Assembly: GCF_001194135.2 (NCBI RefSeq)
Contig: NC_068983.1
Coordinates: forward strand, 7,812,062 to 7,858,953
Length of the DNA: 46,892 bases
Origin: Octopus bimaculoides
Lineage: Eukaryota
Reading direction: 5' to 3'
The position numbers were made by a program, and so were the translations under genes. Numbering within the stretch: position 1 is the stretch's first letter; each line of letters opens with the position of its first letter. Below are positions 37,343 to 46,892 of this stretch, in pieces. A model generated the notes under the pieces. The model worked only from the letters and a program-made list of their open reading frames with translations. It ran no database searches and was not told where the DNA came from.

Positions 37343-37720
37343 TCTTTTATTTGTTTCACGACTTCGACCATGCTGGAGCACAACCTCAAGGGCTTTTTGT
37401 CGAGCAAATCGACACCACGACTTATTCTTTGTAAGCCTAGTACTTATTCTATCGGTCTCTTTTGCCGAACAACTAAGTTACAGAAACGTAAACACACCAA
37501 CATCGGTTGTCAAGCGATGGTGGCGGGGCAAACACAGACAGAAAACAAGCAAATACCACGCATACACGCACGGGCTTCGTTCAGTTTCCGTCTACCAAAT
37601 CCACTGGCAAGGCTTTGGTCAGCCCAAGGCTATAGTAGAGGACACTTGCCCAAGGTAACAGCGGGCCGCAACCCAGAAACATGTGGTTGGGAAGCAAGCT
37701 TCTTTCCAGCACAGCCACGC
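37343..37720 (-). mobile_element. SINE family B, near full length
   Basis: Matches other B copies throughout. Confidence 0.9.
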
Positions 37721-37750
37721 TTAAATACATACATACTATACACACACACA

Positions 37751-37793
<43 letters not shown>

Positions 37794-37840
37794 AAACACA
37801 CACAGACACACACACTGATACACACACGTACACACACACC

Positions 37841-37880
<40 letters not shown>

Positions 37881-37941
37881 CGCACGCACAAATACATACA
37901 TACTTCGATATATGTACAAACAAGCATATATATATATAATA

Positions 37942-38214
37942 CTAGCAGAGGCACCCGGCGTTGCTCGGGAATGAAATTGTTGCTTATATACTTGAAGAAA
38001 AAAAGGCAAAATATGCTGTATAGAAATTTGAGGACATTCTGTAGATGGACTCTCAGATGAATGATGGCTGGGCGCCTCTCATGAATGGGGAAAATTGAAG
38101 ATGTGCCAAAAAGCCTCATTGGTACTTGGAAACTTTTACGAAAATTAAAATGGGGATCGTTGCCAGTGCCCCTGGACTGGCTCTTGTGCGGGTGGCACAT
38201 AAAAGACACCATTT
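37942..38214 (-). mobile_element. 3' terminus of a non-autonomous Helitron, running into a gap
   Basis: Minus strand: GC-rich hairpin cccgagcaacgccggg, 9 nt, CTAG, then host T. This is the canonical Helitron 3' end. Confidence 0.65.
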
Positions 38215-39367
38215 NNNNNNNNNNNNNNNNNNNNNNNNNNNNNNNNNNNNNNNNNNNNNNNNNNNNNNNNNNNNNNNNNNNNNNNNNNNNNNNNNNNNNN
38301 NNNNNNNNNNNNNNNNNNNNNNNNNNNNNNNNNNNNNNNNNNNNNNNNNNNNNNNNNNNNNNNNNNNNNNNNNNNNNNNNNNNNNNNNNNNNNNNNNNNN
38401 NNNNNNNNNNNNNNNNNNNNNNNNNNNNNNNNNNNNNNNNNNNNNNNNNNNNNNNNNNNNNNNNNNNNNNNNNNNNNNNNNNNNNNNNNNNNNNNGTATA
38501 CATTTATGTATGTGTGTGTTTGTAAGGGACAGAGTGTGAGTGAGAGAGAGAGGTTTGTTGTCATGTATACGTACATGCATAAATATACATACATCTTTGG
38601 ATGTATGCATATGACAACACAGCCCTTGACTCACTCACGCTCTGTCTCTTACAAACACGCACGCGCGCGCATACACATGTGTGTCTTTGTAAATATGTTT
38701 GTATACATTTATGTATGTGTGTGTTTGTAAGAGACAGAGTGTAAGTGAGTCAAGGTGTGTGTGTGTATGTGTGTGAGACAGAGTGAGAGAGCGGTGTGTA
38801 TGTCGTATTTACTCTCTCTCTCTCTCTCATACACACGAACACACAAAATATAAAGTGAAGCTTTTTGCGGTTGTTACGTCAATACCGGAAGTTGACATTG
38901 AGGAACCTTTTTAAAGAAGTGAATCTTAAATATAAAGCAATATTATTTATTTTTAATTAAAAAAATCAAATGAAGAGCCTAAGATTTATNNNNNNNNNNN
39001 NNNNNNNNNNNNNNNNNNNNNNNNNNNNNNNNNNNNNNNNNNNNNNNNNNNNNNNNNNNNNNNNNNNNNNNNNNNNNNNNNNNNNNNNNNNNNNNNNNNN
39101 NNNNNNNNNNNNNNNNNNNNNNNNNNNNNNNNNNNNNNNNNNNNNNNNNNNNNNNNNNNNNNNNNNNNNNNNNNNNNNNNNNNNNNNNNNNNNNNNNNNN
39201 NNNNNNNNNNNNNNNNNNNNNNNNNNNNNNNNNNNNNNNNNNNNNNNNNNNNNNNNNNNNNNNNNNNNNNNNNNNNNNNNNNNNNNNNNNNNNNNNNNNN
39301 NNNNNNNNNNNNNNNNATATATATATGCATAGATACATATATGTACATACATATATATGCATATATG

Positions 39368-39600
39368 GGTACAGGACGTCATAAAACGTAAACATGAAAT
39401 ACAAAGACAAACTTTTGTATGCGAACAACGAAAGAAACAAATGGAAAACAAAACAAGTAACATAAAAAACGACCCTTCATCGGTTGTCAGCTGTCCATCT
39501 ACTCTTCACTTCGAGCAATTAATGACAATATGAGGCTTCGAAAAGGCAGTTGCTCCCGTGAGCCAAAATAAAATTTGGGATTTGTGGATGGTCAAAGTTA
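39368..39600. mobile_element. Probable interspersed repeat fragment (possibly a Penelope-associated terminal repeat)
   Basis: Recognised from memory of octopus repeats only; no second copy in the window. Confidence 0.3.
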
Positions 39601-39859
39601 GTAACAAAAATCAGGACAGTGGAGACATACAACAAACCAAACGAAAATAAACATGGAGGGTTGTTAGGCCAGGTGAGGTAAGGTAGCGAAAGCTGGAGGA
39701 ATGGAAAATTGTCTTTGGCAAGAGAAAAGATAGAAGAGGAAACAGACAAGAATGCGTCTGGTCTATTAAGATAGACTGAAAGAAAAGAAAGATGATCACG
39801 TGAGGAAAAGAAAGATGATCACGTGAGGAAAAGAAAGATGGGCGATGGTTGCGTCTGAG

Positions 39860-39906
<47 letters not shown>

Positions 39907-40776
39907 AAGGAGAAAGAGAGAGAGATAGAAAACAGTGAAGGGGAGAAATAAGATTTAGAGAAAGGAAGAGAGAAAAAACGAAAGGGGAGAGAGAAAGACA
40001 GAGAGACAGACATACAGATAGATAGAACGGCTGATAGATATGACCTGCGGTGGTTCCAAGTATTGAATGGCATTCTTTTATTTCGCTACTTGATTACTTT
40101 CGTATAATATCTACTTATGTCCCTGATAAAGAAAGACACGAGTGAGAAGACTGAGGCAATTTTGAAGAAGAAATATTCTCGATTAGTAGCGACACCTGAT
40201 CGGCAATAACGATAACAACAGCAATTACACCAACGCCATCACTAAGAAGAACACCAATATCATAAAACACTATTTACTTCATTCCATACGCTAGCCAGCA
40301 GAAGTGTCGTTAATCTTTGCCTTTTTACATTGAAATTACAGTAATGTCTGCTACTCGCACTCGCTTGGTCTCGTACTATTTCCACTCAAGTACTCCTAAC
40401 TCATTCGTCGTTTTGTGTTTCATCGCCCATGGTGAAACCACTTCACAAGTTTCATATGTATTATATGTACTGTACATACATACATACATACATACATACA
40501 TACATACATACATACACACATACATACATACATACATACACACGTACAGGCAGACATACATACATACATAAGGAGAAAACTAATTCGAAGACTACAGATC
40601 CAATCCATCGCTGGAACTGTAAAAATATGTAAAACTTTCCAGAAGTTTATCATTTAAATGTATATGAGCATGTCTAGATATGCAACTATATGTATGAGAA
40701 TACATACATAAAACATATAGATCTGCACATACATACATACATACATACATACATACATACAAACAAACAAAGAACA

Positions 40777-41690
40777 ATACCCTGTTGATGTTGAAATTCC
40801 AATGAAGGAGCCTTGGATCTAGGTTAGAAACCGGTTCTTTCTCTATTGGCAAGAAATCTTGAAATAAACTGAATAATGACATACATGTGTGTATGTATGT
40901 GTGTACGTTTAGTCATTTCTTTTATTGTAAAATTACTGTAACTACTAATCTGTTCAAAGATGATTTCTTTAACGTTGTCCAAGACTGAAACTCGCGCTCT
41001 TATAATCTGAGTAAGAAACTCATATAGATGCAAAAACAGTCCTGTCCTCCCACCCACTGTAGTGTTTAAAAACCTGAAAACCAATATCAGTAACAAGATA
41101 TCTAATCTCTCCTCTGAAAAGGAAATTCCAGATAAGGCATCCCCTTACTACAACAATGCCCTAGCTAACAGCTGTTTCAAAGATAAGATATCCTATAATT
41201 CAAAATAAGAAACCTAAAAATAGATCAAGGAAAATAATATGGTTCGACCACCACCTTTCCCGTTGAATGCTAAAACTAACATAGGCATGAAATTTCAGGC
41301 TTTAATAAATATTTCCCAGTAAGCCACAAATATAGAAAGATTTTTAATAGACTCTCGATAAAGTTTCATACAGCTGCTGCCCAATAGGAAGGACATTATC
41401 ACTCACAAGTTCCTCCAAGATCTCATAGCTAATTTTAACTGTCGAAACCCTGAAGCATGCCCATTTCATCGGGTGTGTTTGATAAAGTCAGTCCTTTATG
41501 AAGTCACTGGAGTGCTCCAAGATAAAGCAAACGAAAAGAAAAAAATATACGTCTGTTTAGGAGAAGGCAATTTAAAAAAAAAAAAGTTTTGCAAACCTCC
41601 ATTCGGACACATCGACAAAAATAAATCCACAAAGTTGGCTAGCCATATATGAGATTTAAAGACCAACCACGTACCATACAATTATACATG
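40777..41690 (+). mobile_element. Decayed Penelope-like element: putative terminal-repeat piece (40777-40885) and RT-end/GIY-YIG remnant (41075-41690)
   Basis: Across frameshifts: ISNKISNLSSEKEIPDKASPYYNNALANSCFKD, KPKNRSRKIIWFD, NAKTNIGMKF, FPVSHKYRKIFNR, KVSYSC, FNCRNPEACP...CLIKSVLYEVT, IYVCLGEGN, NKSTKLASHI*DLK. These match the Penelope motifs IIWFNPPF, KIFNRNTVKVSYSC, CNCR..CPL..CL..V.Y, YIG and ST.LS.YIW.LK. Confidence 0.85.
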
Positions 41691-42549
41691 CACTCTATCT
41701 CTGCCACGCTCACAAACCAACACCACTATACTTTCTGACTTGTACACGTCTAGCCACACACACATACATCACACCAACGCACACACATACACCATTCTCT
41801 TTTCATTCATGCTTTCAGACATGGATACACTTCTATACTTGAATCGACACAGCCGTCCTTTTGTTCTGCTTAACTCTCTTTATAAATCAACCTCTCATCT
41901 AGCTCCTAACCGTTGGAGCTAACGTCTTATTCGCCAAATTTTGTTCCTCCTTCGTTGTCTTATATATTATCCTTTGCATTTATACTATATGATGTATGTA
42001 TGTATGTATGTATGTATGTACGGTATGCTTTTGCACAATTTCCGTCTCTAATTCTATTCGTTAAGTTATAATGTATTGAAGACATTTTCTTTGTTACACA
42101 GGTTTCTTTTCTGCTTTGAAACATTAAAGATTTGAAGACAGAGAGTTTGCTAATATGTATTGCGAATTAGCCCCCACATGAGGGCCACACATTATCTTAT
42201 AAAATATAGCATTGTTCTGTTTAAGCGGAAAGAAATCAATTTGACTGATGCTGATCGAAAACATTCCTCAACCATTTTAATATCACTTCATATACATTCA
42301 CACAACAACCTACATGAACTAACCGACTTTTAGTAGATATACTGATGAAGAGTATTGCTTTGTCATAAATATATGGTGATGAATTGTTTTGGCCGTCATA
42401 TGCAGTGGATGTTGGCTTGGTGTCAGTATGCACCATGCTTCCGTTAATGGTTTTATGTATTTAAAAAATGCAAACACTCTCTCTTGGTTTTACAACTCTT
42501 GGCTCAACGGACCGTCATGAATATGACAGCTAAAAAGAGAGAAACTCTA

Positions 42550-43172
42550 CTAGTATTGGGTTAGTACTTTATACATGGACCACGAAAGGCTGAAACGCAA
42601 AGTTTATCTCAGTGGTAAACGTAGAATAAACATTTTTACCCATTTTACCCGACTCTCTAGCGACTCTGCCAATCAGTCGCCATACTTAAAAAACATAATA
42701 GCATTATTATTATTATCATTATAAAAAAGGTGGCTAGGTAGTGTATCTGTAAGAGAAAGGAAAGATATACTTTGCGGTATGTTCTTTCAATCTTTACATT
42801 CTGAGTTCAAATTCTACCGAGATCAACTTAACCATTCATACACCCAGAGTTGATGAAATAAATTACCAGTGAGATACTACGGTTGAAGGTATCAACTAAC
42901 CACAGCCACTCGAAATTGCTGGCCTTGTGCCAAACTTTGAAACCACTAGGAAGAAAGGCTGTGAGCTGGTAGGTAGAATGGTTAGCACATCAGACAAAAT
43001 ACTTAACGGTATTTCTTCCGACTCTTTACTTCCTAAGTTCGAAACCAGCTTAGCTTAGCTTTACCTTTACTTCGGAATCAATGAAGTAAAGTACTAATTA
43101 AAAACTATTGTCGATGAACTCCACTTATCATCTTCTCTCGAAATTGCTTGGCTTGTATTAAAATTAGAAAGA

Positions 43173-43220
<48 letters not shown>

Positions 43221-43221
43221 T
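42550..43221 (+). mobile_element. Cluster of old SINE A copies: ~42550-42682 (-), 42727-42945 (+), 42955-43175 (+) with (ATT)n tail to ~43221
   Basis: Degenerate matches to the B-box (ctgagttcaaattct) and to the tail gctggccttgtgccaaactttgaaacca. Confidence 0.6.
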
Positions 43222-44834
43222 AAAAAATATAATTATTGCTAGGATAGTGGTTTGATAGACACAGCTTTCATGCCCTTTAGTTACATGTCTTTACGTTCTG
43301 AATGTAAATCCTTTCGATGTGACTAATTATGTTTAGATCATTTCGATATTAAATAGGTAATAATAACAACAAAACCAGGCCGAATTCTCTGATACTCTCA
43401 ATGTTATTATCGAATAGCTTCTATACGATACACCAGCTTTGCTTTACACTAATACATGCAGTGTATGAAATGTATGAAATTTTGCAGACATCTCAGTAAT
43501 GGCTGCGTTCTTATCGTAAAGCTGAGCATTATTAAACTACAGAATAATAACTCTATTGCCTTTCAAAATAGCAAAATATCACCAACAAACGTTTTCTAAG
43601 TGAGAAACAAAGCAAAAGTTATTTTTAGTTAGAGACAAAACAGTACCTAGTAGATAATTGGAGTTGAAAAATTGATTATATTTAGAAAAGTGACAGAGTG
43701 AGTAATCACAAGAAAGCAATGCTAACTTAATACCAGACATTTGTCATTCTGTGTTTTGTATGTATGAAAGTAAAATAGTTTCTAAAAGAATGAAAACAAC
43801 GCAAAAATATTACAGTAATAAAAAGAACGGATACAATATAAAAGGAAAACAAAACCAAAGAATCAAATGTTTACTTTCACAAAGCATAGATGATAAAACA
43901 TGTGAATAAAAACGTAACTTCTTTCTCTCTTTCTCCTACTGGGTATGTATGTGCGTGTACATACACGCACACACACGCACACACATAATGTACCTGCATA
44001 TACGCACTTACATATATAAATATACATACACTTCTAGGTGAATACATTTATATATATATATATATATATNNNNNNNNNNNNNNNNNNNNNNNNNNNNNNN
44101 NNNNNNNNNNNNNNNNNNNNNNNNNNNNNNNNNNNNNNNNNNNNNNNNNNNNNNNNNNNNNNNNNNNNNNNNNNNNNNNNNNNNNNNNNNNNNNNNNNNN
44201 NNNNNNNNNNNNNNNNNNNNNNNNNNNNNNNNNNNNNNNNNNNNNNNNNNNNNNNNNNNNNNNNNNNNNNNNNNNNNNNNNNNNNNNNNNNNNNNNNNNN
44301 NNNNNNNNNNNNNNNNNNNNNNNNNNNNNNNNNNNNNNNNNNNNNNNNNNNNNNNNNNNNNNNNNNNNNNNNNNNNNNNNNNNNNNNNNNNNNNNNNNNN
44401 NNNNNNNNNNNNNNNNNNNNNNNNNNNNNNNNNNNNNNNNNNNNNNNNNNNNNNNNNNNNNNNNNNNNNNNNNNNNNNNNNNNNNNNNNNNNNNNNNNNN
44501 NNNNNNNNNNNNNNNNNNNNNNNNNNNNNNNNNNNNNNNNNNNNNNNNNNNNNNNNNNNNNNNNNNNNNNNNNNNNNNNNNNNNNNNNNNNNNNNNNNNN
44601 NNNNNNNNNNNNNNNNNNNNNNNNNNNNNNNNNNNNNNNNNNNNNNNNNNNNNNNNNNNNNNNNNNNNNNNNNNNNNNNNNNNNNNNNNNNNNNNNNNNN
44701 NNNNNNNNNNNNNNNNNNNNNNNNNNNNNNNNNNNNNNNNNNNNNNNNNNNNNNNNNNNNNNNNNNNNNNNNNNNNNNNNNNNNNNNNNNNNNNNNNNNN
44801 NNNNNNNNNNNNNNNNNNNNNNNNNNNNNNNNNN

Positions 44835-44864
<30 letters not shown>

Positions 44865-44866
<2 letters not shown>

Positions 44867-44915
44867 TGTGTGTCTGTGTTTGTCCTCACCCACCATCGCT
44901 TGACAACCGATGATG
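44865..44915 (+). mobile_element. SINE family B internal fragment after a gap
   Basis: gtttgtcctcacccaccatcgcttgacaaccgatg matches 13821-13853. Confidence 0.75.
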
Positions 44916-45902
44916 GTGGTAGAACGTCTGTCATGTTTACAGAAAGTGTGGGTTCCAGTCCCATGCGTAGCCATCACCGTTTTCTATTTGAACGAATTTT
45001 TTTCTTACCTAATGTTTACATCCCGTCATTTATAGCGTTATCTACTCTGAATTCCTCAGTTAAAAATCAAAATATTTCACGTTCTCTTGAAGTTTCTACA
45101 TTTTTGTGACGTAAGCAATTTAGATGTACATATCGATATATTTAGACATACATACAGACACATTCACACATATACATATATGCACTTACGAGTATTCACA
45201 GACATACATACTTACGCACATGTATACATATACAATGGGATTGTCACCATTTGAATGTCTTTTGATCATACGTCTTGGAGCTAAGCAGTAACAACAACAT
45301 CCACAACTTAATGAAGTGTATGCTATAGAAGATGGTACTTTTGGTAATTACAATAATAACCATTCCATTAGCTTCAACCCAAATTCGGAAATGTTTGTTT
45401 CCATTTTAAATTGTTCCTCTTATTATTTGATTCTACCCTAATCTAAATTACTTGATTCTATGATTCAAGAATTTTTCTTTCGGTTTCTTTCAGATAATTT
45501 CAGGTGTTTCGCTGTTTCTCGATATTTTATTTGTACTCACCATTATTTAAATGTTTTCTTTCTTATTTCGAGATGTGTTGTAAATCGTGATTCGCACATC
45601 TCGTGCATGTTTAAGAGAGTTATTTCCAAAGCTCACACTATGAGCTGAATCTGTTACTTGAGGGTATTTATCTAATTGACTAAAATTTGCCTATTTTATC
45701 AATAATTTTAACGGCGCTATTTTCTCTGTGTAAATTATTATGCACAGATGTAGTTTCAGAAAATCAATTAAAATCCTACCAGAGTATACTTTATCTTATC
45801 AGTGAAGGGGATTGATAAAATAAATAACTAGTTTAGCAACAAGGTTGATATATTACACTGTGCAATAAAATTTTTATTCTTTTTTGTCTTTGATCAGTAC
45901 TC

Positions 45903-46293
45903 TCTTTACTTGTACTTGTTTCAGTCATTTGACTGCGGCCATGCTGGGGCGCCGCATTTAGTCGAGCATATCGACCCCAGGACTTATTCTTTGTAAGTCT
46001 AGTACTTATTCTATCGGTCTCTTCTTACCGAATCGCTAAGTTACGGGGACGTAAACACACCAGCATCAATTGTCAAGCGAAGTTGGGGGGACAAACACAG
46101 ACAGACAAACATATACACCCACATACATATATATATACATATATATGAAGGGCTTCTTTCAGTTTCCATCTGCGAAATCCACTCACAAGGCTTTGGTCGG
46201 CCCGAGGCTATAGTAGAAGACACTTACCCAAGGTGCTACGCAGTGGGACTGAACCCAGAACCATGTGGTTGGTAAGCAAGCTACTTACCACAC
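45903..46293 (-). mobile_element. SINE family B, near full length
   Basis: Matches other B copies throughout. Confidence 0.92.
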
Positions 46294-46394
46294 AATCAAA
46301 GGAAATGACTACTATTCTCTTCAAACTTTGCTTTTGTAACCTGGGCATCAAAGTTTTAAAACTGACCTATTTTCCATTACATTTCAGACAGATT

Positions 46395-46585
46395 CAGAGC
46401 TGAGTTGCTGAAGCAGAAATATCAGTATAACAAATATTCTGCTCAATGCCACCAATATGCTTATCAGTTGCTTGACCTTAACCAGTTGAGCATGTCCCTT
46501 GGTGGCTGATGATATGTGCATCTCTGATCATGAGCAGGAGTTGTGGGGGAACATCATAGCCATGTGTTAAGAGGGGTTCATTGGG
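46395..46585. mobile_element. Possible additional interspersed repeat
   Basis: GC-richer segment resembling an octopus repeat from memory; single copy here. Confidence 0.25.
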
Positions 46586-46697
46586 GGTTTGAATGATTGT
46601 AACGAAAGATAAGTTTGAAGGAAATAGCCATTTTTCATACTTTCTAGGGGTAAGCAGATAGGAAATAACAGTTGCTACCCAAGGACAAAAATCGTGT

Positions 46698-46698
<1 letters not shown>

Positions 46699-46738
<40 letters not shown>

Positions 46739-46739
46739 G

Positions 46740-46777
<38 letters not shown>

Positions 46778-46834
46778 GCTGCTGCCGCCGCCGCCACGAC
46801 TACCACGACCACCACGACCACGACCACAACCACA

Positions 46835-46892
<58 letters not shown>
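46699..46892. repeat. Compound triplet microsatellite (TAC)n(TGC)n(CGC)n(GAC/CAC/AAC)n(TAC)n
   Basis: Visible runs to the window end. Confidence 0.95.

Noticed and set aside
8690-42350. Other CTGATGA/CTGAAGA words (8694, 11154, 21057, 42343) as hammerheads
   Set aside because: None has a stem II followed by GAAA.
7494-46293. CRISPR-like array of recurring palindromic repeats (gtcga...tcgac)
   Set aside because: These are dispersed SINE copies in both orientations with irregular spacing, in eukaryotic DNA with no cas genes.

Overview
Repeat-saturated eukaryotic non-coding DNA (intron or intergenic). It is most likely from an octopus genome; this is inferred from the SINE types and the extreme microsatellite density, not from a database search. 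About 5.3 kb (11%) is N in 13 gaps, nearly all flanked by simple repeats. I find no intact host gene. Almost all supplied ORFs are microsatellite or gap artefacts. Four decayed transposon coding remnants are recognisable from their peptide motifs: an R4/Dong-like non-LTR nuclease end (6042-6600, -), a Penelope GIY-YIG C-terminus with its terminal repeat (21654-22105, +), a Helitron PIF1-type helicase (31750-33360, +) and a second Penelope remnant (41075-41690, +). There are more than 20 copies of three tRNA-derived SINE families (called A, B and C here) and a 578-bp MITE with an 8-bp TSD. The best leads are three. (1) A Penelope terminal repeat carries a Pol III A/B-box promoter about 90 bp upstream of a minimal hammerhead-ribozyme motif, with a second variant hammerhead at 34913-34948. 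(2) The MITE is built as nested inverted repeats around a telomeric (CCCTAA)4/(TTAGGG)3 palindrome. (3) An in-frame triplet expansion sits inside the R4 nuclease active-site motif. All family names rest on motif recognition by eye.
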